Shown here piece after piece: positions 12,920 through 25,214 of a stretch of 64,000 nucleotides of DNA (positions are counted from its first letter, which is position 1; the number at the start of each line of letters is the position of its first letter). Made by a program: the position numbers and the translations under genes. The notes under the pieces are model-generated. The model was not told the origin of the DNA. It did no database searches and saw only the letters and a program-made list of their open reading frames with translations. This DNA is from Lama guanicoe (Eukaryota), in contig MU053561.1 of assembly GCA_013239625.1 (NCBI GenBank), positions 126,826 to 190,825 of the forward strand, given 5' to 3'.

Positions 12920-13640
12920 CACCAGTGATCCTGTTGGCTTTACCTCCAAAACATATTTTGAATCTGTTCACTTCCTACCAGCCCCACTGCTGCCACTGTG
13001 ATTAAATCACCATTATGTTACATCTGGATTACTTCCTGGAATAGTCTTCAAAGCAGCCTCCCTACTTCCACTCTTGGAAACACTCTTTCACTTTTCTACT
13101 CCTAAAGTCTGTTCTACAATAGCAGAGTGATATTTCAAAACATTTTCCAGATCACATCATGCTCCTGCTTCAAACCTCTTTGGCTTTCCAATGTCCTTAG
13201 AATAAAATCAACTTCTTACTATGGCCTACAAGGTCTCATGTGACCTAGCCCAGCCTGCCCTGTCCCCCTGACCTCTTGCCATTCTCCCTTTGTTTAGCCT
13301 GGTCCAGTGCCCTGGTCTTCTTTGTGTTGCTCAAACACACCCAGCTAACTCCTACCTTAGGGGTTTTACAATTGTAGTCCTCCCATCATCTTCCTCAGTC
13401 CCTCTCTAACCAATGATTCTATTTTATTTTCTTTATAAACTTTATTATTGTCAGATAACACCTTATTTGTATATTTATTTGCTTGTTTTATGTCTGTCTC
13501 TTCACCAGTCCTACTACAGCTCCATTAAACTTAAGCTTGTGAGGGTAGAACCTTTTTCAGATAAGCTTGTTCTTTATTCTATTCTAGCACCTAGAATTAT
13601 GCCTGGCATTGCATACCTACTTTTTGAAAAGAAGAATGAA
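12920..13640 (+). mobile_element. L2 (L2a-like) 3' fragment
   Basis: ggctttacctccaaaa...cagatcacatcatgctcctgcttcaaacc...ctagcacctagaattatgcctggca. Confidence 0.75.
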
Positions 13641-14035
13641 CCAACTTTGGCTAAATTAAGTTTCTAAAAAGAGGCTACTGGCAGGGGAGACAAATCAAAG
13701 GAACAGTGGAAGACTCAAAAAAAAAAAAAAAACAAAACCAGGTTCAGAAAGGGCATAAGTAGGGGAAGCAATAAGGACCCAGGTAGCAAGAAGAAGCTAA
13801 CTGGTCCCAATCATCTCTCCCACTCTTGTGTTGCTCCATGAAGATGTGATGTTCCTGTAGAGAGTTGAGTTGTCCCAGTGTGGGTCTCATTACCCTCATT
13901 TATCTAGGAGATGGCTGGATACCTTAATAGACTGTCCCATCAGGACTTAAATAAAACAATGGTGGAAAAGGTAATTCTTCAAAGGAAATGTAGGGTTATT
14001 GTTAAAAGAAAGGAGGAATGAATAAACGCCTCCAC

Positions 14036-14120
14036 AGGAAAGGAAGGAAGGAAGGAAGGAAGGAAGGAAGGAAGAAAGGAAGGAAGGAAGGAAGGAAGGA
14101 AGGAAGGAAGAAAGAAAGAT

Positions 14121-14163
<43 letters not shown>

Positions 14164-14164
14164 A
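14036..14164. repeat. Compound (GGAA)n/(GAAA)n microsatellite
   Basis: Purine-rich tetranucleotide array, directly visible. Confidence 0.97.
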
Positions 14165-14479
14165 CATGTTTGCAATAATCCCTGGCCTGGTATCATGTCA
14201 TCTACAAGACATCTGCTTTACTGTAATATAAACTGATGCGTGCCTAAGAAATGCAAATAGATCTTAAGATTAACTTAAGCCAAATAAAAGCAGAGAAATA
14301 CGTCTTTTGAACATCTGTTCAAAACCATACAACACACTCAAAAGATAGGCTCTTAAATGTTTTCTCTCTCTTAAGCACCAGGAGAATTTAGAGGTCAGGA
14401 GACAGTTCTTCAAGACACCTCCTTTTGGATGTCCCACACAAAAGTGATTCATTTCCCTGATACTTCTCTTACCATATTA

Positions 14480-14870
14480 TCTCTTGTTAATGACATGAGC
14501 AATCATTCATAGTTGACCTAGAAATTTAAGAGTAGCTCATATCCTCCCTCTTCTTCATTCCCCACGCTTCACTGAACAACAAGTCCCATCAATCCTACCT
14601 CAGAAATTCTCAAATCTATGCCTTCTTCCTCATTCCTACCACCACTGCCTAAGTTCAGGCCCTTATCACTTCAGACCTCAAACCACTCATAACAGCTTTT
14701 TAATTATGCTGTCTCTTTACTCAACCTACTTCACCCCATATCCCACACAGTGGTCACATTTATGGTTCTAAAACAAAGATCTAAGTCAGTACCCTGCTTA
14801 AAAATCTTCTAGAGCTCCACACTGCTTATCAAAAACAAAAACAAAAACAAAAACACAACCACCTTTAAGC
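14480..14870 (+). mobile_element. L2 fragment
   Basis: caagtcccatcaatcctacctc...accactgcctaagttcaggccctt...ctgcttaaaaatcttc. Confidence 0.65.
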
Positions 14871-14936
14871 CTTGGTTTGAGTGACGGAATACAAAAGTTT
14901 CTCAGAATTGTTTTTGAATGCAATAGTTCTTCCATT

Positions 14937-15105
14937 CAGTGGTTCTCTAACTTTACCGCACATGAGTGCTTTTGGACATGAGAGGAGGGTCTCAGTCACA
15001 ACAGTCTGGTTTAATTGGTTGGAGCGGGGTCTGTACACCACTTGTTTATTTTTTTTTAATCTCCCCAAGTAATTTAAATGTGTAGCCAGGGTTGAAAAAT
15101 ACAAT
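14937..15105. mobile_element. MER5-like hAT-Charlie MITE
   Basis: cagtggttctctaact...ctccccaagtaatttaaatgtgtagccagggttgaaa. Confidence 0.65.
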
Positions 15106-15109
15106 TTAA

Positions 15110-18100
15110 AAGATAGCTAGAAAGACACTTTTACTTCCAAACAGCATATTTACTACCACTCACCCTGTCAGAAATAACTAAAAACCTGGACAAAATATAT
15201 GAAACAAAGATTTTCAGACACTGGGTATTAGGCAACACAGATTGTGATCCCAGAGAAAAGAGAAACACAATTGGCCTCGTTTACTTCTTAGAGAGAATTT
15301 ATAGTTGGCAGTGGTAAGAGAGGGAATCAAGGCAGAGCCCAGTTATCTCCCTACGTTGAGATAAAGCTAGGAATTTGGGAAGATCAAGGTAGCAAGAGTT
15401 CACAGAGCAGAATATCAGAAAAGAGAAAATTCCAGAGATCTGCAGAGGGGCCCCCTTGAGTATTCAGCTGTGTACCGATTAGCACGTTTGTGTGAGGAAA
15501 CTATAGCTGGGGCAAAAACCACATCACAGAATCAGACAGACAATCCTCTTGGCTCACACAAGACTGAAAATAGTTTGTTTCCCCAACAAATGAAGTAGAA
15601 AAAAATTCACAATTCATGGGACATTGGCTAGAGTACTCAAAGGCACCAGCCCAGTAGTGGGGAAAGTTATGAAATGCTTCTTGGGTCTACCTAGCAAACC
15701 TTAAAAAGAAGACCCAAATGGGTCAGATTTCTTCCAAGCAACTTAACTATGTCCTAGAATAAAGCTCAAGAATATTTACAAAAATACAAAATTATCTAGC
15801 ACCCAACAATAAAGTGCCTGATATGTGGCATCTGATCACATATCACCAGGTATACAGAGAAGCAGGAAAACACTACTCAAAATGAAGAGAAAAATCAATC
15901 ACTAGAAACCAACTAGGAATTGACATGAGTTTTAGAATTAAGTCAATTTTTATAACATTCCATATATTCAGGAAGGTAGAATAAAGACTGATCAAGTTAA
16001 ATAAAATATATGGAAGTTATTTTTTTAAAAAGACACAAGTCAAACTTCTAGGGATGAAAAAGACAATTATCTGAGATGAAAATTACACTGAATTACTCCC
16101 AAATGGGATTCTACTTTACACCCATTAGGGTGGCTATTATTATTTTTTAGAAGTTGAAAATAACAAGTGTTGCTGAAGATGTGGAGAAATCAGAACCATT
16201 GTGCACTAGTGGTGGGAATGAAAAATGGTGCAGAAAATAGTATGGAAGTTCCACATAGAATTATCATGTAATTCAGCAATTCCACTTCTGGGTAAATACT
16301 CAAAAAACTGAAAACAGAGGCTCAAACAGGTATTTGTACGCCAGTGTTTATAGCAGATTCACAATAGCCAAAAGGTGGAAACAACCCAAATGTCCACCAA
16401 AGAATGAATGGATAAACAGAATGTGATTATATATATAATGGTATATTATTTAGCTGTTAAAAAAGAACAGAATTCTGACACATACTACAACATGGTTGAA
16501 ACTTAAAGACATTATGCTAATAATTTTCCTTAGAATTCTGTCACACATTTAAGGAAGAAATAATGCCAACTCTACACAAACTCTCCCCAAAAAAAACAAA
16601 GAGGAAGGAATACTTCCCAATACTTCATCTTATGAGGCAAACATTATCCTTACACCAAATCCAGACAAAGATATTACAAGCGAAAAACACAAACCAATAT
16701 CCCCCTTGAACATAGATGCAAAAATTCTTAACAGAATTTTAGCAGCTCTAATCCAACAATATAGAGGGGATAATATATCATGCCTCAGTGGGATTTACTT
16801 CAGGAACTCAATGGTGATTTTAACATTCTTAAATCAATTAAAGTAATTTACCATATTAATAGAATAAAAAAGAAAAATTATATATGAATCTCATTAGACG
16901 TAAAATCAAACATCTATTCCTAATGAAAATGCTCAGAAAATTAGGAATGGAAGGGAACTTCCTTAACCTGATGAAAAGCACATATGAAAAACCTATTACT
17001 ATACTTAATAGTAAAAGATCAGAAACAAGACAAAGATATTTGCTTTTACTATTTCAATTTAACTTTGTACGAGAGGTGCTTGCCAGTGCAATAAGGCTGA
17101 ATAAATAAATGAAATAAAAGATATAGATAGAGATTGGAAAGAAGGAAGTAAAACTCTCTCTCTCTCTCCTTCTCTTTGTGTGGGTGACATAATTATCACA
17201 TAAAAAATTCTGTGCAAGCTACAAAAAACTACTAGAACTAAACAGTGAATTTAGCAAAGCTACAGGACATAAGACCAATATACAAAAGTAAATATGAACT
17301 AGCAATGAACAATCAGAAATTAAAAATTTAAAGACATCATTTATAATAGAATTAAAAACATGAAGAATTTAAGGATAACTGTCTCATAAGATGTATAAAG
17401 TCTGTATACCAAAAACGTAAAACACTACTGAGAGAAATTAAAGAAGAATTAAATGAAGGTTTCTCAACCTCAGTCACTATTGATGTTTTGGTTTGGATCA
17501 TCCTTCATTATCAGAACTGTGACATCCTATGTATTGTAGGATGTCAATCAGTATTCCTGACCTCTATCTGCTAGATGCCAGTATCACCTTTCCCATGAGT
17601 TTTGATCATCAGAAATGTGTCTAGATACTGTCAAATATCCTTTCTGAGATACAATTGCCTCTATTTGGGAACCACCGACCTAAATAAATGAAGAGATATA
17701 CCATGTTTATGGATCATAAGACTCAATATTGTTAAAATATCAATTCTCTCCAAATTAATATATAGACTCAATACAATCCCATTCAAATTCCCAGGAGGCT
17801 TTTTGTCTGTATTGACAAGTGGATTCTAAAATGTGTATGGTTATGCAAAGAACCTAGAATAGCCCAAACAATTTTGAATAAGAAGAACAAAACTGGAAGA
17901 TTTGCACTACATTATTTCCAGACATAAAAACATAGTAATCAAGACAGTGTGGTATTGGTCTAAAGATAGATGAATAGATTAATGGAACAGAATAGGGAAT
18001 TCAGACATAGACTCACATACATATGGACAAATGATTTCAATAAAAGTGCCAAGGTAATTAAATGGAGAAGGGATAAATTTATCAACAGTGTTGGAACAAC

Positions 18101-19290
18101 ACTATATGGGGGAAAAATGAATCTTGATCAATACCTTGTACTATATACAGAAGTTATTTCAAAATGGACCATAGGTCTAAACATAAAACATGAAACTTCT
18201 AGAAGAAAACATAGGAGAATAGTTTTGTAACCTTAGGATAAGTAATGGTTTCTTAGATATAACATTAAAAGCAAAATCCTTAAAAGAGAAATTTGATAGT
18301 TCGGACTTAACTTTAGAAAAACTGAAAAAAAAATTTTCAAAAAAAAACTTTTGAAAAGATAAGCTATAGATCGGGAGAAAATATTTACAAAGTACATATA
18401 TAATAAAGACTTATATTTAAAATATATAAATAATTTCCAGATTTAACAATTAAAAAAACAAACAACTCCATAAAAGATGGGCAAAAAATTTCAAGACACT
18501 TCACCAAAAATATACGGATGATAATAAAGCCTATGAAAAGATGCTCAACATCAGTAGTCAAATGGGAAACGCAAATCAAAATCATAGTCCATTTCACATC
18601 CACTAGAATGGCTCTAATAATAATAAAAAAAAGACAGACTAACAAATGTTGGTAAGGATGTTCAGAAATGGGGACCTTCATACATCTCTATTGGGAGTGT
18701 CAAAGGTACAATCCCTTTGACAAAGAGTTTGGCAATTTCTTAAACAGTTAAACATATGCCAACTGTTTACCCAAGAGAAATGAAAGCATGTGTACACACA
18801 AAGACTTGTACATGAATGTTCATGGCAGCTTTATTTGTAGAAGCCGTAACTCTAGAAATGACTCAACAGTTGGTGAATCAATAAACAAACTGTGGCATAA
18901 CCATACAGTGGAATACTACTCATCAGTGAAACAAAATGTACTATGGATACCTACAACAGCACGGATAAAGCTTAAAATAACCACGTTGGCTGAAAGGAGC
19001 CAGGCAAAAACAAAGAGTACATGCTGTATCATCCCATTCATATAAAATTCTAGAAAATGCAAACTATCATATAATGCCAAAAAGATCAGTGGTTGCTTGT
19101 GTGTTAGTGGGGCAGGAAGAGACAGAAGGGAGGGATTATAAAAGACCAGAAGGAAACTTTTTAGGATGACGGACATGTGATGATTTCAAAGATACATACA
19201 TATAGTGAAACTTTCAAATAGTGTATTTCAAATTTGCCCAATTTACTGTATGTTAATTATATCTCAATGTAGCAGTAAAAATAAAGTAAC
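15110..19290 (+). mobile_element. Ancient degraded L1 (L1M-type): 5'/ORF1 remnant, ORF2 RT/C-terminal remnants and 3' end, with a nested L1 3' piece (~16100-16520) and MER20 (17457-17677)
   Basis: ORF fragments resembling L1 ORF2 (MLRKLGMEGNFLNLMKSTYEKP; IWTNDFNKSAKVIKW), many frameshifts, and a typical L1 3' UTR. Confidence 0.88.
17457..17677. mobile_element. MER20 hAT-Charlie DNA transposon inserted in L1 ORF2
   Basis: ggtttctcaacctcagtcactattgatgttttgg...tgtaggatgt...ctagatgccagta...ggaaccaccg; the L1 sequence resumes on both sides. Confidence 0.75.
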
Positions 19291-19356
19291 ACAAAGAGAG
19301 ATGGCCAAGGAGACATAATGGTTGAGTTTGATATTAGAAATTCATTGATCGTTCTT

Positions 19357-19442
19357 GTTTTTAAATGGAGGTACTGGGGATTGGATCCAGGATTTCTTGC
19401 ATGCTAAACATGTGCTCTACCTCTGAGCTACACCCTCATCCC
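19357..19442 (-). mobile_element. tRNA-Ala-derived camelid SINE (vic-1-type)
   Basis: Reverse complement of ...gtagctcagaggtagagcacatgtttagcatgcaag...ccccagtacctcc; TSD agaaattcattgatc / agaaatttactgatc. Confidence 0.85.
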
Positions 19443-22383
19443 ACAGAAATTTACTGATCCTTCTCTGAAATCATCCCCCACTCCACTCCACTCCCAACAG
19501 TTGCCTGCCAAGCTATCCACCTAGAATGTACAGTCTGCTAGGCTTCAAAAGTACACACTGAGGCACATTGCCATCAGATGGCAATTCACTTAACTCCTCT
19601 TTTTAAATAGTTGAATACTTGAAAGAGGATCATCTTTGAATTAAGTCCTCGTAGAAAAGTTCCATCACAGCATGGGTCTCACTTCAGTACAGCATTTTCC
19701 CAGGGCCGTACATTTGCTTATGTATCTCTGCTAAAATTTACTTCCCACCCAACTCTGGCTTTGTTATCTTGTTAGGCCAGAAAAAGTTCATCTTCTGTGT
19801 GTGTGAAGCCCTCTCTGATCCTCTGCCTCTTAGCACTATATCCAGTGGCCATTAACCATGTGGTTCATATTACCAACATGCAGGCGCTATATAACAAGGT
19901 CCCCCAACCTCACTTCCCCACCCCCATCATGAATTTTACCTAAGGAAAGTAAGCCTGCCACTTGGAATTTAAACTTCACAATGAAGACAAACTGGTTCAG
20001 AGAAGAGATATGCAGACATTTGAAACAGACATAAAGATTCTCAAGCCAAATAGACTATTACTTGAAAATATCAGCATGTCAGAGAGAAAAAGGTGTACAG
20101 AAGAAGAGACCTTGATCATTGATGATACTCATCATCCAGGGAAGAAAGAACCTTTTGTATCGTTTGATACTGTGTTTGAAGCCATTATCATTTAAAAAAA
20201 ATTTAGAATTCACTGATTAATTCTCCTTGTTCTAAGTTCAAATTTCATTAACAACCTTTTGGTCATAGCTTGGCTTCCAAATGTGGCAAGTGTGCCAAGA
20301 GAACTCACTGAAATAAAAAAAGAGAGTCTAGTTCCCTAAGATGTTAGAATCCTCATTGTGAATTAATAATTGGCCATTCTGCATTTATATAGTAGTCTTG
20401 TGGATTTGTTTAATAATCAGGCTGAGAAACAGACTCAACAAGTTAAAGCATATTCTTCCAGGACAATACCACCTTGTATGACCTCTTGGAACACAGTGAG
20501 TCAGCTTGTGTTTATTTATATTTCATTTCCACAGTTCACATTTCTGTTATAGCACTTACTCCATACTATAGTTAGGTGAGTGTAGGTTAGAACTATAGAT
20601 TCTCAACTACTTGAGGGTAGTTTTGCATCCAGTTTTGTACTGGCTTCCACCATCACTGCTCAATAAAAAACACTGAATTAAAATGAATCTGGATAATGTG
20701 CAGAACTGTCTTCTTCCATTTTTTTAGTTGATTGGGAGCTGAAAATTGGATACCACAGACACTTCTTCCCAAGCACAAGCCTCTAATATTCATAAACCTT
20801 TAATACTATAGCTAAGACAGGTATGTTTGAAAAAATATGTTGCACATTCCTGGAGAACTGATTTTTAAATGAGGGTCAGAGTAGCACCAACCTCAGTGAA
20901 GTTTGTGACACTCTTCATTTGGGTTTTCCTGAAATGTTTAAAAACATTTCAAGGCTCGTTATCACATCAACTAAGATGAATGCAGAGATTTGTTAGATGA
21001 ATGACTATTAAGGAAATAATGAAAGCATGCCATCTATTTTAACAACAAAGCCACAGTTTATAGAGAACCTAATTCTAAACCTACAAATTTTTTGTTACTG
21101 AAAACAGAGAAATCACATCTCTAGGATGAGTTGTGGTTCATTTAAAATTTTGCAATGGTAATGCTTCTTTTGATGAAAAGGGTTCACCCTAGTGTATATA
21201 AAGTAGCTAAGAAGACCTTAAATTATAAATGTATATTCAGATTAATTTTTTTTTGTTTCAGGCTTTAAAAAATTTCCTAAGTAATGTGAAAAATATTCAA
21301 CACACCATAGATACACATGATTTAAAAAAGTAATAATGTTTGGGCTAAAATTCCACTGTATAAAAAAATCAGAGAATGAATACTACTTGCTTCATTCCTT
21401 CTTAAAAGCAGTACTTTATCATGGCTTTCTTAATAGAAATGTGATTCCTTTAAGCACTGTTAACTGATAGTCTGACTCAGTTTTCTCAAACAGTGGGCAG
21501 TGTGATGAATAAACACAATTAAGTGTCTGCGAATAAACTGTTTCCTAGTTCACAAATAAAACATAGTCCTGAACACAAAATACAGATTCCATTAATATTT
21601 AGTTCTGTAATTAACACTCGAAAGAGCCAAACTCTGATTTTATGCATAGGAAACAGGCCTAGAAAAATAAAGAACTTTTTTCAGATCCCAGTTAGTTAAT
21701 GGCAGCTTAGATACTGAAACCACTATTGCCTTATAGTTTGATTTATGAGTTCCAGCTTCCCAGAAAACAATAATCTAAAGACGCTGTGACAAGGAAATGT
21801 TTATTTCAAAAAACGTCAGCAGCACAATGTCTCTTCTTAAAAAAAAAAATCGTGTGTATTGCAGATTTGCATCCTGCTGCTGCTACACGAAGAAAATCTG
21901 GGCCTAATTTATACGGTCTTCTCAACCAGAGCAACGTTAGAGACTGGGTTTAAGTGGAGCTCGTCCTGCGCGGCATCATCCAGCCAGCAGGCTGGGATCC
22001 AGCTCTGCAGGGGACGAGATGGTAGGAAGAACCATCACCAACCCCCACCCTGCTGTCAGTATCTAAGATTGGGGTGGGGGGTGGATAAGATAAGGCAGTG
22101 GGTACTCTCTCAACTGTGTAGCCACGCACATTTCCTGGTCCTTTATCTTTTAATCATCCCTAGAGCTTCATCGCTTGGCATGGCCTTCTGAATCATGTGT
22201 TCACCTCTCCTTTGACTCGACCCAGCCGGCATGGCCTTCAATCTTATCTCCACCACCAAACTGGTTGACTACACGTTAAGCAAAAACCTTGGGATAGAGA
22301 CGGGCTTCCTAAGCTTTAGTCCGGTACATTCCAACGCCACACCTGTATTTCTAGGCAACTCCCCACCGTCTCTCCCTCTCCCG

Positions 22384-22424
22384 CCCCCCCCCCCCCCCCC
22401 CCCCTTCCCCCCCCCCCCCCCCCC
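22384..22424. repeat. Poly-C tract (C21-TT-C18)
   Basis: Directly visible. Confidence 0.9.
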
Positions 22425-23060
22425 ATGATGTCACCCTGCGCCGCTCCCTCCCAGGCGCCCAGGTCTCCAGCCCCTGAGTCTCAGCCGCCAAAGCGGTTCT
22501 TCTACCCAGCGCACTGGGCGCCGCCACTCCCGGCGCAGCCTGCATCCTTCCCCGGCTCCCGCGATGCTCTCACCTCATGCAGGGTGCGGCTGCCGCGGCT
22601 GCCTCTTCCTCCTCGGCGGCTGCTGCCCAGCTCCCGGCCGGCTCGGGGTGCCGTCGTCCCCGGCCGGGAGACGGCCGCGAGGACTGCGGGGTCCGCGCCG
22701 CGTCCCTGGACCAGTAAGGCGCGCGGTGCGCCCGGCGGGACGCGCGGTGGCAGCAGCCGCAGTCGCAGCGGCGACGGCAACAGGACCCGCTGTCAGTCCT
22801 CTTCATGGATTTCCCGGGCCTGGCCAGCCCAGTCCCGGTCACCGTCACTACTTGGTTTTCCTAAGGTCTTCCCGCACTGCCAGGGCGCATCCTCTGGGCG
22901 TGGATGTCCATCCACTCCAGTTGCCACTATTGTGGCGGAGACCTGGAAGGACCAGGCCTCCTCCGCGGCTGCCTCTGCCACCTGCTCCGCCCAGATTGCT
23001 TCTGTCCCTCTCCCACAAACACCCGCCGCTGCCTCTCCACCCTGTGCCATCTCCCCATTC
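22425..23060 (-). promoter_or_regulatory. CpG island / promoter of the PDE4DIP distal first exon
   Basis: Very high GC and CpG density; GC-box-like CCGCCC near 22987. Confidence 0.85.
22574..22806 (-). CDS. PDE4DIP: PDE4DIP (myomegalin) distal alternative first coding exon; the gene continues beyond the left end of the window
   Basis: The translation MKRTDSGSCCRRRCDCGCCHRASRRAHRAPYWSRDAARTPQSSRPSPGRGRRHPEPAGSWAAAAEEEEAAAAAAPCMR closely matches the recalled human PDE4DIP isoform N-terminus (MKGTDSGSCCRRRCDFGCCCRASRR...PEPAGSWAAAAEEEEAAAAATPWMR). Donor AG|GTGAGA at 22574/22573. PDE4DIP-SEC22B synteny is known. Confidence 0.93.
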
Positions 23061-23647
23061 TCTCTCCACCCACTACCTCAACCCGAAGATCTTTTCATCC
23101 CCAGACCTCATTCTTGCTTCTTCCTATTTGCTCCGTTGTTACCGTTCTCAATTTCCAATCTCAAAAGTTTCTCCACTTCTCAATCCCTCTCTCCATATTT
23201 TCCCAGTTTTTGTCCTCCACCCTCCAAATCACCCATCCTGTTATATCTTATATTAGTCCCTCCTCAGAATCATTACTTCTCCGAGTTGTTGTTTAGCCTC
23301 CCTTTCCCCTCTTTCCCTCTTTTCCCCTCTTTTAAAATCTTTTCCTTTCAATTTTCTCTTTAGTTATTGTAAAAACCTTTCTCCCAAACAACCTCAGTGT
23401 TCCTTTCAGATGAGAATTTCTGATCACCATTTTTCATGAAGAACTCATAGTAAAGTATATATATAGCTTGGTATCCACCATGGAGTCAAAGGGATGTTTT
23501 CATGGTTTAAAAAAGAAAAGTTCATAGGTCAAATAAATCCTCCACTAAATGTTTGTTCTGAAAACCCTTTTCTTATATTCCACACTGTCCTCTAAGAGTG
23601 GAAGCTAGTGTCTCTAGCAAAGGAGAATGCTGCTGCAGCACTGTTCA

Positions 23648-24131
23648 TACAGAAGGTCCCCAGCTAACTGGTTCCACTAAAGATTTTTCGACTTCACCAC
23701 AGTTTGAAAGCAGTACACATTCAGTAGAAATCAGATTTTGAATCTTGATCTTTTCTTGGGCTAACGATATGGGGTAATACTCTCTGGTACTGCGGGCAGG
23801 GGCAATGAGCCTCAGCTGCCAGTCAGGGACACTCATAACCATTCTACCCATACAACCATTCTGGTTTTCACTTCCACTATGGTATTCAATAAATTACATG
23901 AGATATTCAAGACTTTATTATAAATTAGACTTTGTGTAATGTGATTTTGCCCAACTGTAGGCTAACGTAACTGTTCTGAGCACGTTTAAGGTAGGCTAGG
24001 CTAAGCTGTGATGTTCGGTAGGTAAACTAAGCTGGTGGGTTAGGTATAGAAAATGCATTTTGACTTACGATACTTTCAACTTACAATGGGTTTATGGAGA
24101 GGTAACCACATTGTAATCTGCAAGGCCTGCA
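23648..24131 (-). mobile_element. TcMar-Tigger non-autonomous element (MER47/Tigger5-like)
   Basis: ttgcccaactgtaggctaa...gagcacgtttaaggtaggctaggctaagct...gacttacgatactttcaacttacaatggg matches the recalled MER47 consensus. Confidence 0.75.
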
Positions 24132-25016
24132 AGGGAGAAGGTTTATCTTTACCGTGGGCGCTACGGATCCCAAGGTTCATAGACAATAGTCACTGTTATT
24201 GATTGACTCAATGTGAATAAAGCTGAACTCTTTTTAACTCATTTTTCCTCCCAAATCTGCTGATGCTGTTTTATTAACCTCAACACTACCATCCACTAAA
24301 CTGCCTACGCCCCCAAACCAGGAGTCATCAGAGACTTATCTCTCTCACTCATGCAACTCATCGAGCCTTTAATTCTACTTCTTTACTGTCTCTTTATCTT
24401 CAAGTGGTCTCTCCCACGATTCCAACTGCCTCCAGAAAATGACACTATCAGGTATCTCATCATTCCTTCTTTCAAACCTCCAAAGTTAGTCTATATCTTT
24501 CCCTCTCTATTTTTCCCCCCAATCTATCTTACCTAAGCAATTTACTCTACCACTCTCATCTCTACTAATAAATTTTTAATTATCTTTTGTTATCTTAATA
24601 TTTTGTTGTCTTTGGCCTCCCTTTCTCCATTAGCTCCATGCCCAGCCTATAAACACCCTCAGGTCTCCTCATTCTTAAAACAAAGCCTTCCCCCTCTAAC
24701 CACCACACATCTCTTACTTCCCGTCATAACCAATATGTTTAAATACATTGTATTCATTTGATGTCTGTACTTTCTGATTTACATACATTCTTTACCACCT
24801 AATTATCTGCAATCAGGCTTCTAATCCTATTACTTAGCTGAAGCTGCTCTTCTAGGAGACTCAAGACTTTGGCTTTGCCCTTGGACACATGGTAGATTTT
24901 ATCCAATACACAAATTAAAAGGAATGGGGTTCCTACATTTTAAATGAATATGCTATCTTCATTAGTTGAGGCAGGTAAACAGTTCAGTGAAATTATCGCA
25001 AACTCAAAAGCTAAGG

Positions 25017-25205
25017 AGGGGAGGGCATACCTCAGTGGTAGGGTTCATGCTTAGTATGCACAAGATCTTGGGTTCAATCCCCAATACCTCCATTAAAAAG
25101 AAAATAAATACGCTTCATTCTCCACCCCTCTCAGAAAAAAAAAAACATGAAAAACAAACAAAAAATAAGAAAAAAAATCAACCAACCAACCAAGTAGCAA
25201 AAAAA
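25017..25205 (+). mobile_element. tRNA-Ala-derived camelid SINE (vic-1-type) with A-rich tail
   Basis: gagggcatacctcagtggtagggttcatgcttagtatgcacaagatcttgggttcaatccccaatacctcca; TSD aaaagctaag. Confidence 0.88.
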
Positions 25206-25214
25206 GCTAAGAAG

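Larger units (their letters stand above)
1..22573 (-). other. PDE4DIP: PDE4DIP intron 1 (partial)
   Basis: Follows the splice donor; I could not find the next expected exon (DYFAEDDGEMVPR...) in the window. Confidence 0.75.

Noticed and set aside
13979..14196. FLSF/LPSF-repeat ORFs
   Set aside because: Translations of the GGAA/GAAA microsatellite.
16884..19176. Several ORFs resembling reverse transcriptase/ORF2
   Set aside because: Frameshifted remnants of a dead L1, not a functional gene.
19962..20195. 77-aa charged ORF
   Set aside because: Non-ATG start, no homology recognised, and antisense within an intron.
22425..23363. Long plus-strand ORFs (312 aa, 230 aa) over the CpG island
   Set aside because: Antisense shadows of the GC-rich PDE4DIP exon, where stop codons are scarce; low-complexity products with no recognisable homology.
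25017..25095. tRNA-Ala-like sequence
   Set aside because: Diverged SINE head with an A-rich tail and TSD; not a real tRNA gene. The same applies to the other five copies.
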